From contig JBAZFH010000002.1 in NCBI GenBank assembly GCA_041653535.1, positions 7,209-71,208 of the forward strand: a DNA stretch of 64,000 nucleotides, written 5' to 3'. This DNA comes from Patescibacteria group bacterium. GTDB lineage: Bacteria > Patescibacteriota > Patescibacteriia > JACRDY01. Numbering within the stretch: the first letter of the stretch is position 1; the number at the start of each line of letters is the position of its first letter. Made by a program: the position numbers and the translations under genes. Below, piece by piece: positions 1 through 9,247 of this stretch. Under the pieces are notes generated by a model that saw nothing but the letters and a program-made list of their open reading frames with translations, ran no database searches and was not told the DNA's origin.

Positions 1-612
1 CAAACCGTTTTTGGCAATCATTCTCTCTGCCGAGTAGAGAGCATAAACAAAATAATCGGCTGATCCATCCTCCAGGGAATTTACTGCCTCGATAGCGCTA
101 TTAGCCCGAATTGTACTCAGCTTGGCAGCAGCAAAATCGTCAAACTCCTGACCGTAACTATCACCTACGGTCAGTACCCCCAGTTTACCGACCAAATCTT
201 CCCACTGATTGTATTTGAGATCACTGCCTTTTTTGACCACCACGGCAATTGGATCGGTAGTATAAGGAATGGAATAGTCCATATAAGTTTCTCTTTCCGC
301 TGTTTTATAGACAGCAACCAAAACATCAACTGACCCGACCTTGGCTTTTTGTTGAACCATATCCCATAGACCAGTGTATTTTGATTCTATTTTGACGCCC
401 AAATCGGTAAAAATCTTAGTAACCAAATCAGGGCCAGCACCAACAATTCTTCCCTGCTGCTGCCACATAATCGGCGCCCACTCCGGGTGGCCGGAAGCAA
501 CGAAAATTTCTTGTCTTTCTGTTCGGGAAACACTGACATAATAATAAACGGCAAACAAAATGATAGCTAAAATCAAAAGTACTAAAATTAAATGCTTGGT
601 AACCTGCTTCAT
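1..612 (-). CDS. ABC-type amino-acid/polar substrate-binding protein (family 3), runs off the left edge
   Basis: Not in the ORF track because it has no stop in the window. Manual translation from ATG 612: MKQVTKHLILVLLILAII...FVASGHPEWAPIMW...GAGPDLV...VDVLVAVYKTAERETYMDYSIPY; N-terminal TM anchor plus PBPb-like motifs. Confidence 0.8.
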   Translation of the reverse strand, partial: MKQVTKHLILVLLILAIILFAVYYYVSVSRTERQEIFVASGHPEWAPIMWQQQGRIVGAGPDLVTKIFTDLGVKIESKYTGLWDMVQQKAKVGSVDVLVAVYKTAERETYMDYSIPYTTDPIAVVVKKGSDLKYNQWEDLVGKLGVLTVGDSYGQEFDDFAAAKLSTIRANSAIEAVNSLEDGSADYFVYALYSAERMIAKNGL

Positions 613-623
613 ATTTTTATTTT

Positions 624-1301
624 TTATTTTTTTCTATTTCTTATCTTCTTTACTGCCAAAATAACAACCACGATCAAAACAACCAGCACCACCAAAATAA
701 TACCAACCGCTTTTCCTATCTTACCGTTAAAAAATGCCAACGGCTTTTCACCAAAAAATTGCATTTTTAGCCTAGGCAAATTTACCAGAGTAGCTAAAGA
801 CTCTCCGATTGGAAAAGATTCTTTTTGTCCGACAACCAAAACGTACTTTCCTGCATTTTGCGGAGCAAAAACCTCTATGCGGTAAGATCCTTTTGGTAAA
901 GAAACGGTTTGTTTTGGTCCCTGCCAGTAGTTATCGCCAGCGTATTCTTCATAATATTTGTTCCACTCATTTTCCAGTCCCATCAAAACATTGGTTATCT
1001 CGCCAGTGACTATGGTTATCAGATTAGCCGAAATATCTTTTTTAATCTCCGGAAGATCTGGAACCAACAGACTAAAATAAAAATCCATTGGCTCACTAAT
1101 TGTTACTCGATAATAATCAGGCGCTCCTTTTAGCTCACCGTAAAAAGCCTGCGAAACATCTGGCTGAGTGATAATCACTGGATTTTCTGAAGTAATCCGT
1201 TGCGGATAGACCAATCGCGGCTGGTGAGCGTCAACTGCAACAATAAAACCAAACATAATAACAACTGACAAAACCAAAATGTGGATTTTTTTCATACCCA
1301 A
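624..1301 (-). CDS. secreted/membrane-anchored hypothetical protein
   Basis: 225-aa ORF with signal peptide (AVDA-HQP) and C-terminal TM plus basic tail. Confidence 0.7.
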   Translation of the reverse strand: MGMKKIHILVLSVVIMFGFIVAVDAHQPRLVYPQRITSENPVIITQPDVSQAFYGELKGAPDYYRVTISEPMDFYFSLLVPDLPEIKKDISANLITIVTGEITNVLMGLENEWNKYYEEYAGDNYWQGPKQTVSLPKGSYRIEVFAPQNAGKYVLVVGQKESFPIGESLATLVNLPRLKMQFFGEKPLAFFNGKIGKAVGIILVVLVVLIVVVILAVKKIRNRKK

Positions 1302-1315
1302 TTATTAATCAATAA

Positions 1316-1537
1316 TTACTTTATCTCATCGATACAAAAATACCCGCCACTTAAATCGTTTTCCGCATAAACCGGGCAACTGCCGCAGATACAAGGCTTG
1401 GAAGCGTCTAGATCACAAGTTGATTTTCCGACAGCACAATACAGCATTTCTTTTTTCTCTTCGGTACACTGATTATAAAGCGGGCAGTCGCCACAAATAC
1501 ATTTAGCTCGATTTTCCGGAGTATTTACTGGTTTCAT
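1316..1537 (-). CDS. Cys-rich DUF2769-like protein
   Basis: Repeated CxCxxCP motifs, LYCAVGKS and GGYFC. Confidence 0.7.
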   Translation of the reverse strand: MKPVNTPENRAKCICGDCPLYNQCTEEKKEMLYCAVGKSTCDLDASKPCICGSCPVYAENDLSGGYFCIDEIK

Positions 1538-1681
1538 AAGTTTGTTTTATTAAATATTTTAAACGCTTTAATAATACCAAATAAACAAAAAACCTGCTAC
1601 GTAAAAATGCGGCAACACAAAGCCATTATCTTTTTACTTAATAAAAAGAGCCAAAAAAATTGCAAAACTCACAGACTATTT

Positions 1682-2035
1682 CTAACCAATTTTACGAAAT
1701 CGAACAGAAAAAATCGGTTCGTACTCATTTTCATAATCATCAGTCACTTTTATTGTTTCGCCGCGGACCAACTGGTTAAGCGCCATATCGCTCAGCATTT
1801 CTTTGTCAGTCTTAATATCCAGCTCCATTAAAGACAGCTTTTCCAAATCACCGCGCAATTCGGATTTAACATCCTGCTCTATCTTTTTCTTACGCTCTCG
1901 CAATTCTTTTATTTTATCCAATAACTCTTGATAAGTTTTGGAATTAGCGAGCTCCTGCCGATAAACCGATTTTATTTCGTTACGCTGTTTTTTGTTCTGT
2001 TCAAGTCGTTTAAACACTTCGTGAAGCTGAGGCAT
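1682..2035 (-). CDS. coiled-coil hypothetical protein
   Basis: 117-aa charged helical ORF ending YEPIFSVRFRK. Confidence 0.7.
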   Translation of the reverse strand: MPQLHEVFKRLEQNKKQRNEIKSVYRQELANSKTYQELLDKIKELRERKKKIEQDVKSELRGDLEKLSLMELDIKTDKEMLSDMALNQLVRGETIKVTDDYENEYEPIFSVRFRKIG

Positions 2036-2070
2036 AATTAGTGATTAGTAATTAGTGGTTAATAATTAAG
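2036..2070. repeat. heptamer tandem array (AATTAGT-like x5)
   Basis: aattagt gattagt aattagt ggttaat aattaag directly abutting the start codon at 2035. Confidence 0.6.
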
Positions 2071-2170
2071 CGAGATTGTATCATAAAACAAAAAAACATA
2101 ACAACACAATAAAAAATTACTACTGCTTCCCTTTGTTATTATGTCGCTACGTTATTATGTTACGTTGTAA

Positions 2171-2914
2171 CTACCACCATCTCATCATCTTGCCGCTACA
2201 AAAACCACAGCTACTACCCGCACTCCAACCGTTTTTATAATTGCTAGTTACCACGTCTTCCAAATAATATCCCGTCCCTATTATCCAACCAAATGGTTTA
2301 AATTCCAAACTATAAGAACGTTTCGCCAGAGGAACGGTTCCACCGGGTTTGACAAAATAATAATCAGTAAAACCCCCGCCCGGTTTCTGACCGGATTTAA
2401 TAATCTCACGAACATGAAAAACACCATTTACTTTTGCGTCTATACGATTAGTACCCTCAACGCTTAAATTAGTCGGCAAAACGATATTTATACCTTCTAC
2501 CGTATCAGCAAAAAAATATCCCTGACCGTCTTTTCCGTAGCGTAAATTTCTTAAAATATCAGCCGCCAACTTTTTTGCTGTTTCTTCTTCCATTTCTTCC
2601 GCCATCACTTTGGCATAAATACCATCCAAAATGCTTACCGCGGTTTGTACTTGCGTTTTTATCAATTCGTCCTGATCAGCAACTTTGACTGCGGAAAATG
2701 TATAAACCATAGCTTGATTTTTCGTCTCTATTCTGACAAAGCAAAACATAACAAACGACACAAGAAAAAGAACCGTTGCTGCAGTTAACAACAAAGGCAT
2801 CCAAAAGCTGCATTGATATTTCGCCTTTTTGGCAACCGAATAAAAAATTTCTGATCTTTTAGAAGCCAAGAGATTCTTTGTTGTTAAAGGTTTTTTTGTT
2901 TTGGTTTTAGGCAT
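2171..2914 (-). CDS. single Cache (Cache_2-type) domain membrane protein without output domain
   Basis: TM helix then AKKLAADILRNLRYGKDGQGYFF...GGGFTDYYFVKPG...KRSYSLEFKPFGWIIGTGYYLEDV. Confidence 0.75.
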   Translation of the reverse strand: MPKTKTKKPLTTKNLLASKRSEIFYSVAKKAKYQCSFWMPLLLTAATVLFLVSFVMFCFVRIETKNQAMVYTFSAVKVADQDELIKTQVQTAVSILDGIYAKVMAEEMEEETAKKLAADILRNLRYGKDGQGYFFADTVEGINIVLPTNLSVEGTNRIDAKVNGVFHVREIIKSGQKPGGGFTDYYFVKPGGTVPLAKRSYSLEFKPFGWIIGTGYYLEDVVTSNYKNGWSAGSSCGFCSGKMMRWW

Positions 2915-2995
2915 AAATTTAAAAATGTAAACTATAAAATGATGTTATTTGTTTTTATTTAATAAACATATTATACCCCAAAAAAATAAAAATAG

Positions 2996-3544
2996 CTAGC
3001 CTACACGGTCAAACCTTTGATGTAATAATTTAAAAAGCGGCACGTACTCAGCGTGTTTTACGAACCCCAAGTCACCGGCAGCTATAATTTTCTCCAATTC
3101 TCGCCAAGGAATAAATTTTACTTCCGACACTTCTTCTGACTGCAAAGTCATGTCTTTGGTCTCAACGTCCATGGTCGTTAAAAAAACGTCGTTGTATTCA
3201 TTGTTAATAAAAGTGCCGTTATTTAAAACCGCTTGTACTGGCAAACGAAACAAAAACTCCATTTTTTTAGGGTCAACGTCTATGCCTAGCTCTTCCTCCG
3301 CTTCGCGAACGGCAGAAGTAATTATATCAGTACCAGCCGGCACATGACCGGCGCTACTAATATCCCAAAGATTGGGATGAGATTCTTTTTCCGGCGATCT
3401 TTTTTGAATTAACAATTCTTGTTTGGAGTTAATAATCCAAAGATGGGTTGAGGCATGCCAATCACCGTCGCGATGGACATCGTCGCGCGGCTTTATTCGA
3501 CCGGTCGGATTACCGTCTTTGTCCAAAATATCAAAATATTCCAT
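2996..3544 (-). CDS. NUDIX hydrolase (IDI-like)
   Basis: HRDGDWH, LLIQKRS, WDISSAGHV, AVREAEEELG Nudix box; start taken at MEYFDILD (ATG 3544). Confidence 0.85.
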   Translation of the reverse strand: MEYFDILDKDGNPTGRIKPRDDVHRDGDWHASTHLWIINSKQELLIQKRSPEKESHPNLWDISSAGHVPAGTDIITSAVREAEEELGIDVDPKKMEFLFRLPVQAVLNNGTFINNEYNDVFLTTMDVETKDMTLQSEEVSEVKFIPWRELEKIIAAGDLGFVKHAEYVPLFKLLHQRFDRVG

Positions 3545-3546
3545 AC

Positions 3547-4257
3547 TTAAAATTTTAAAAACGTTTTCCATTTTTTATACAATTCCCTGGTGGCATACAA
3601 ATCACCTACGTTATAACGGGCAATATCAACAAACTTTTTGGCTTTAAAAAGTCCAGCCACGTCGTCGCCGGTTATTCCATCAGCTTTGGGACTTTTGATA
3701 CCAAAAGCTCTGGTCCATAAATGCAAACTGCCTTTGCGCCTAACCGCGCCATAAAAGCTCAGCTCTTCATAAAGATCGACATGTTTAGCATTATCTTTTT
3801 GCAGATTGAGATAACGGTTGGACATCAAATTTTTACTAGGACGAACTTCATTAACCGCCGAACGGATCATCAAAAACGGCACGTCAAAACTCCGCCCGTT
3901 AAAAGTAACAAACTCATTGTACTCGGCTGCGCCACGCCAAAAATTTTCCAGCATTTCTTTTTCGCTTGAAGGGATAAATTTGATACCGTTTTCTTCAAAA
4001 TTTTCTAACTTCTCTCCTGGCGCTTGGAAATAAACAGCGCCTTTGTCGCGCTCTAAATCTAGAACACCAATAGCGGTTATCTCTCCGGTCAACGGTGAAA
4101 AGCCAAGCTCGCTTTTTAGCCCATCGAGCATAACCCGATAGTCGCCTTCGTCGGAAGACTCCTTTTTGATCCAACGGGTCAGATTTTCTTGAGTAGTTTT
4201 GTCTAGTGAATCAAAATCTTCACCAATTGTTTCGATGTCGATAATAAGTGTAGACAT
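3547..4257 (-). CDS. RNase H-like 3'-5' exonuclease (PolB-exo-like)
   Basis: DIET, FVTFNGRSFDVPFL and YNVGD (DEDD-type ExoI-III motifs). Confidence 0.8.
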   Translation of the reverse strand: MSTLIIDIETIGEDFDSLDKTTQENLTRWIKKESSDEGDYRVMLDGLKSELGFSPLTGEITAIGVLDLERDKGAVYFQAPGEKLENFEENGIKFIPSSEKEMLENFWRGAAEYNEFVTFNGRSFDVPFLMIRSAVNEVRPSKNLMSNRYLNLQKDNAKHVDLYEELSFYGAVRRKGSLHLWTRAFGIKSPKADGITGDDVAGLFKAKKFVDIARYNVGDLYATRELYKKWKTFLKF

Positions 4258-4272
4258 AAAGTTATAAAAATA

Positions 4273-4833
4273 TTAATAATGAGACCAAGTTTTTCTGAGC
4301 TCCCGTCGAGCTGCTTTGTAACCCGGTATTGCTTCGGCAACCAGCCGCCAAAACTTTGGCGAATGGTTTAACTGCTCTAAATGACACAGCTCGTGAACGA
4401 CAATATAATCAAACAAATGTTCCGGTAAATATAATATTTTATAATTAAAGTTCAAATTGCCGCTACGACTACAGCTACCCCATCTGGTTTTGGTATTGCG
4501 AATCGCTACTCGAGTAAAAGTAAAATTATAATGAATGTTAAAGTAATCTAACTTTTTTGCTATCAGTTCACGGGCAATTTCTTTTTTCGCCAAATAATCA
4601 CGTCTACTGTTTTGCACAACAGCCCTAGTTTTAACCAATGCCAATTTTTCCAAAATCCAATCAGCTTTTTGTCGAATAAAACTCTCGGCAACGTCTTCAC
4701 CCATCCAGTGTGGCATAGTAGCGACCAGACCGTCACAACGAACCACCAGCCGTAAATGCCGCGAACGTGGATTTTTTTTGAGCGTATAGTTTATCTGCTT
4801 TGTTTGTAGCTCTATACTTCTTTGCATTAACAA
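4273..4833 (-). CDS. YgjP/DUF45 (M48-like) metal-dependent hydrolase
   Basis: KTRWGSCS and YIVVHELCHLEQLNHSPKFW. Confidence 0.85.
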   Translation of the reverse strand: MLMQRSIELQTKQINYTLKKNPRSRHLRLVVRCDGLVATMPHWMGEDVAESFIRQKADWILEKLALVKTRAVVQNSRRDYLAKKEIARELIAKKLDYFNIHYNFTFTRVAIRNTKTRWGSCSRSGNLNFNYKILYLPEHLFDYIVVHELCHLEQLNHSPKFWRLVAEAIPGYKAARRELRKTWSHY

Positions 4834-4860
4834 ATTATAGCACGTGATGATTAATACTTA

Positions 4861-5154
4861 CTAACAAAACTCGATTTTAAGCTCCCGACCAAACGCTTTA
4901 GCGATCTTTTCTAAAGTTCCGGTAGTAAGGTTTTGCCGACCAGACTCTATTCTGGCCAAATTACTTTGAGTTGTACCAATTTTCTGAGCCAACTGTAGCT
5001 GTGACATTTTTTTATTTTTTCTCAGCTGCAAAATTTGGTAAGCGACTTTCAATTGCTTGCCATAATAATCATAATGTTTTTTAAAATCATTATTTTTGAG
5101 CTGTTCTTGACGGTATCCCTCAAAACTAAACGATATCGATTTTGTTTTATTCAT
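4861..5154 (-). CDS. XRE-family HTH antitoxin (HigA-like)
   Basis: LRKNKKMSQLQLAQKIGTTQSNLARIESG; 4-nt overlap with the upstream toxin. Confidence 0.85.
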   Translation of the reverse strand: MNKTKSISFSFEGYRQEQLKNNDFKKHYDYYGKQLKVAYQILQLRKNKKMSQLQLAQKIGTTQSNLARIESGRQNLTTGTLEKIAKAFGRELKIEFC

Positions 5155-5525
5155 ATATTTTTTTTACTACTTAATACTTCGTCATAACGTTTAATCGCTA
5201 TATTAATTTCTTTTCTTGGCGTCTTTTTTGTTCTTTTCAAAAAAGCATGTAATAGAACTAATTTTTTATCAACAAAGGCGAAGTAAAATATTCGATGACG
5301 ATGTCGATCAAAATCAATCCGCAACTCCCTGATCTTACCAACGATGTGTCGAGAATATGGTTCATCTAGGTAGCCCTTATTTATTTTCAAAAAGTCTATA
5401 TATTTAACAATTTTAGCTCTCTGATTTATTGGCAAACCGTTCAAATACTCTAAAACCGGACAATAGCCGTTAGATCGTGCCCTATAAAAAACCACTTCGA
5501 ATTCCTTGTCATTATTATATATCAT
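5151..5525 (-). CDS. RelE/ParE-superfamily toxin (Gp49/HigB-like); true start possibly GTG 5495
   Basis: PYSRHIVGKIRELR...RIFY...VLLHAFLKRTKKTP; toxin-first order. Confidence 0.85.
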   Translation of the reverse strand: MIYNNDKEFEVVFYRARSNGYCPVLEYLNGLPINQRAKIVKYIDFLKINKGYLDEPYSRHIVGKIRELRIDFDRHRHRIFYFAFVDKKLVLLHAFLKRTKKTPRKEINIAIKRYDEVLSSKKNI

Positions 5526-5541
5526 ATATGATATATGTCAA
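5514..5541 (-). promoter_or_regulatory. sigma70 promoter with overlapping palindromic operator of the TA operon
   Basis: TTGACA-16-TATAAT on the minus strand; perfect 20-bp palindrome atatatcatatatgatatat at 5517-5536. Confidence 0.7.
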
Positions 5542-5663
5542 TATTGATCATAAATTAATAGTATCGTTTTTATTTAACCATAGAAAAGATAAAATTTTTC
5601 TAAACTTTTTGAGACATAAAAACCCCACGAAAATCAATCCGCGGGGCATGAGTTGAATTGCTG

Positions 5664-6104
5664 TTAAATGACCACAGTCGACCGCTTACGACATCTACTT
5701 TTATAGGTATCGTAGGCAAACAAAATAACCAAGGCCTTGACCACAACTATCAGTAGTGACCAAAACCTCATAGCGAAGAACCATCCGGCCATCTGCGGCC
5801 ATCCCACCCAATTAAAAACAATAGAAAGACCATTGAAGATGACCGGCAGACTAAAGTATGTCAGTAGGACCGGAAAGGCATAATGGTACAGTCGCAGCCT
5901 GAACAGCCGCAGCCCGAAACGATTCTTTAATCCTTTAACCGAAAGACGCATTTCCAGAGTGACGATCAGCAAGAACAGGCATATCGGCCCAAGCATGACC
6001 GAATAACCAAAAACGTAACCGCCACCGCCGGTTATTACCGTGTAGATCAAACCAATTATCGCTCCGACGATTACATACAAAATGAGAACGACCAGACCAA
6101 ACAT
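5664..6104 (-). CDS. membrane hypothetical protein
   Basis: Hydrophobic ORF; SD AAGGAGG before MFGLVV. Confidence 0.6.
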   Translation of the reverse strand: MFGLVVLILYVIVGAIIGLIYTVITGGGGYVFGYSVMLGPICLFLLIVTLEMRLSVKGLKNRFGLRLFRLRLYHYAFPVLLTYFSLPVIFNGLSIVFNWVGWPQMAGWFFAMRFWSLLIVVVKALVILFAYDTYKSRCRKRSTVVI

Positions 6105-6123
6105 CAGTAGTCCCTCCTTCCTT

Positions 6124-6540
6124 CTAGCTAAGCAGAAAAACCGCGACACAGGCTAGCGTCAGCCCGGCGATTTTTTTGAGAGTGATCGGATCACCAAACA
6201 GAACGACCGCGATAAGCATTGCGAAAACAGGCACCAGCGCTGCCGCTATCGGCACAAATTTGGACAGCTCAACACTGGGTGAGCTGATCATCTTGGTGTA
6301 GGCTAACATACCGATGCCGTTGACTAGACCGGCGACAAAAATGATCAAAGCTGCTTTGCTTTTCGGCAGACCGTCGCCGGCAAGATATTTACTCGTAATC
6401 ATGCCAAAAGAAGCGGTGGTCGCCGTACCAAGAGACATCAATACCGCCAACCAGCCCGGGGATGCCGAAGCAAACCTGGCTAGCGACGGCCATAATGCAA
6501 AGAAAAAAGCCGTCACGACACAAAGGATCAGAGTATTCAT
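6124..6540 (-). CDS. EamA/DMT-family small transporter
   Basis: About 5 TM helices; VLFGDPITLKKIAG C-terminal DMT signature. Confidence 0.75.
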   Translation of the reverse strand: MNTLILCVVTAFFFALWPSLARFASASPGWLAVLMSLGTATTASFGMITSKYLAGDGLPKSKAALIIFVAGLVNGIGMLAYTKMISSPSVELSKFVPIAAALVPVFAMLIAVVLFGDPITLKKIAGLTLACVAVFLLS

Positions 6541-6778
6541 TTATTTCCTCCGTTTTAATGGTTATTTTTTCAAAAATCGTTGATTGCCAACATTATCATA
6601 TTAATTATTTTTTGTCAACATAAAAACAGGTTTAAAACCCGCTTTTCAATCACGAAAGTAAAAACTACTTCCGTGCTAGTACCGTATTTTTTCACGATTT
6701 TAAAATGAAAGATCTATGAGAGTGCGGCTATTCCAAATCTACAAAAAAACCGTCGATTAAGACGGTTTAACAATGTTT

Positions 6779-7156
6779 TTACTCATCACTTTTGTGGTCG
6801 GCAAGTTGTTCTTCGGTATAAATTCCAATAGCCCACAAAGATCCCTGGACAAAACCAAATTTCAACAACACCTGCTGAAAATCTGGCAATGCCTTTCCAA
6901 CCATAACAGGACCAAACATCTCTCTTTTGATTTGCACGACCCTATCCGGTCGCAATATTTTTTTAGCTTGCCGTGCGGCTTTCAAACCGGCGACCGCTTG
7001 TTCCAACTCATCGATAATCGCGACCAAATCTTGCAATATTTTTAAATTCAAATTTTTTGCCTGTCCTAGCCTTGCTGTTCTTTCATCAATCTTTTTTTGC
7101 AACTCCAGATGATATTGTCGCGTGAGACGCGCGATTGTTTCAAGTTTCAACGTCAA
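6779..7156 (-). CDS. hypothetical protein
   Basis: 125-aa helical ORF with GGAGGA at the TTG start. Confidence 0.55.
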   Translation of the reverse strand: MTLKLETIARLTRQYHLELQKKIDERTARLGQAKNLNLKILQDLVAIIDELEQAVAGLKAARQAKKILRPDRVVQIKREMFGPVMVGKALPDFQQVLLKFGFVQGSLWAIGIYTEEQLADHKSDE

Positions 7157-7193
7157 TCCTCCTTTTGGTTAAAAACCGTTTGTTGAAGACACT

Positions 7194-7982
7194 CTATCTC
7201 CATTTTTCCATTTTGTCCAGCCAGAAAAAAATTATTTTCTTTATTTCTGCAAAATGTTCAACCGTGCGAAAAGTGTGCTCAGCACCATCAATAACATGCA
7301 TTTCCTTGATTCCGGGTAACGCCTGGAAAAATTTTTCCACTTGATAAACCGGCGTGCTGGTATCGTTTTGCCCGACAATAATCAAAACCGGCATGTTCAA
7401 TTTGTTTGCCTGCGGAATCAGATCATATTGATCCCAGTCTGCCACCACCGACCAAGGACTTCGTCTGAACGCGCCTGGTTTAGAATTGCTAGGAACCTCA
7501 AGCCAACCGGTTTGACGCCATTTTTCCCATACCGCCGGGTTTCTTCTTATCATCGCCTCGTCTAAAAACTTCCCAGATATTACTGGAGAAAACGGCGCGA
7601 TCGCCAAAACTTTCTCCGGATAATTCTCGGCATAATATGCTATACAAAAAGAACCCATACTGTGCCCAGCTAAAATAAATGGTTCTTGATACCAATCCCG
7701 TGTTTCTGACCAAGCGATCACGTCTTCTAAATCTTGATAATAACTGGTGAGACTACCGTCTTCCACCCTGCCTTCGCTTTCGCCCAAAGTATTTGCGGTG
7801 TCAAATAAAACAGTTGTATAATTTTTCTCAAAAAAAGATTCGCCGATAGCCTGAATCTGGTCCTGATCTTTAAATCCGCCAAAACCATGCATAACAAAAA
7901 CTAGTCCTGCTTGATCTTTTGCCTGACGGACATTGACTACTATTTTTTGCCCCCGACGATTGATAAAAGAAAGTTTTTCCAT
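7194..7982 (-). CDS. alpha/beta hydrolase
   Basis: HGFGG, GHSMG nucleophile elbow, GQND and GAEH. Confidence 0.9.
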   Translation of the reverse strand: MEKLSFINRRGQKIVVNVRQAKDQAGLVFVMHGFGGFKDQDQIQAIGESFFEKNYTTVLFDTANTLGESEGRVEDGSLTSYYQDLEDVIAWSETRDWYQEPFILAGHSMGSFCIAYYAENYPEKVLAIAPFSPVISGKFLDEAMIRRNPAVWEKWRQTGWLEVPSNSKPGAFRRSPWSVVADWDQYDLIPQANKLNMPVLIIVGQNDTSTPVYQVEKFFQALPGIKEMHVIDGAEHTFRTVEHFAEIKKIIFFWLDKMEKWR

Positions 7983-7987
7983 ATGTT

Positions 7988-8467
7988 TTAAAGATTACGA
8001 CGGATGTCGGAAATTTTTATCTTGGCCTCTTTTGGCGTATTAGTAAAACCATTTTTAATGTCTTCGACCAACCAGTCACGAATCTCCAACGGATAAACCA
8101 ACATCTGCGGCAAGTCGGTAATTTTGTGCCATTGCGGTTGATAAAAATTATCATCACTCAACCTTTGAGCCTCTATACTGTCTGACGACAATCTGGGATC
8201 GCCGGAAAGATAGGAACATAAATAAAAAAACTGCTCTTGTTTATTGTCATAAATATGGTGATAGAGGAGTTTTTCTATTTTAATATCCAAAGTCGTTTCT
8301 TCTTTAATTTCACGGATAGTGGCTTGTTCTACTGACTCGCCGTCTTCCACTCCGCCGCCGGGAAAAGTAAAATATTCTTTTCCATTTTTGCGGCGAAACA
8401 TCAGCAACACTTCATCGCCTTTTATCGTTATAGCTACAGCGCGGTTTTGTAACATATTATTGATCAA
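7988..8467 (-). CDS. NUDIX hydrolase
   Basis: FPGGGVEDGESVEQATIREIKEET. Confidence 0.9.
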   Translation of the reverse strand: MINNMLQNRAVAITIKGDEVLLMFRRKNGKEYFTFPGGGVEDGESVEQATIREIKEETTLDIKIEKLLYHHIYDNKQEQFFYLCSYLSGDPRLSSDSIEAQRLSDDNFYQPQWHKITDLPQMLVYPLEIRDWLVEDIKNGFTNTPKEAKIKISDIRRNL

Positions 8468-8921
8468 CCAGTCCTCCTAAATAATTCGCTTGATACGCCT
8501 CCTCGCCATCGAAGAATATCTTTTCTTGACCGGAAAATTTTGTTATATCGCCGATCCACTTATTTTCATAACGTAACATTGAGTCGACTAACTCGCTTGG
8601 ACCGCGCAACGGCATTTCTGCCGGAAACGATTTCAACGCTTGGCGCAAAAAATCATAGACCATTTCTTTATCAACGAAACTTTTCACTTGTCCGTAATAA
8701 ACCATAATAAAAACCGGTTTACCTTGATAAGAAACCACCTCTCGACCACCATACGGCTCGCCGCCAAAATAATTATCATTAAAACCCCAATCGCCATCAA
8801 CAAAAACTATTGTCTTTGAACCGTCGGTTTCTTTGATGAAAGAGTTTTCCGCACCCGTGGCATAGCCAGCCAGATTAGCTTCTGCTAAAAAACTTTTTAA
8901 TCGCACTAAGTCAACCGCCAC
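8457..8921 (-). CDS. DUF5680-like protein
   Basis: DNYFGGEPYGGREVV...MVYYG...FLRQAL...PLRGP...FSGQEKI. Confidence 0.7.
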   Translation of the reverse strand: MAVDLVRLKSFLAEANLAGYATGAENSFIKETDGSKTIVFVDGDWGFNDNYFGGEPYGGREVVSYQGKPVFIMVYYGQVKSFVDKEMVYDFLRQALKSFPAEMPLRGPSELVDSMLRYENKWIGDITKFSGQEKIFFDGEEAYQANYLGGLVDQ

Positions 8922-8925
8922 AAAA

Positions 8926-9231
8926 TTAATACCAAACTAAAATGACCAATAAAACCATGGTAATAACAAAAAGCCAAGCCAGGGTGTAACCGAGCAGCTG
9001 AATCGCCTGAACTTTCTTGTTATCCAAGTACATCATTATCGGACGACCAAAAACTAAAAAACCGGTAATCGCTGCGGATAAAACAAAAATGAGCAAAAAG
9101 GCTACTGGCGCTAAATAGTTTTTACCTGTGCCAAAAAGTCTCTCGCCGTTTTGCATAATGAGAGAAACGGCGGCAACATAAACGCCTACGCCCAAAGCGC
9201 TGGCTAACCCGGAAAAAATAAGTTTTTTCAT
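8926..9231 (-). CDS. small membrane protein
   Basis: Three hydrophobic segments. Confidence 0.7.
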   Translation of the reverse strand: MKKLIFSGLASALGVGVYVAAVSLIMQNGERLFGTGKNYLAPVAFLLIFVLSAAITGFLVFGRPIMMYLDNKKVQAIQLLGYTLAWLFVITMVLLVILVWY

Positions 9232-9247
9232 AAAATTATTGTTATAT

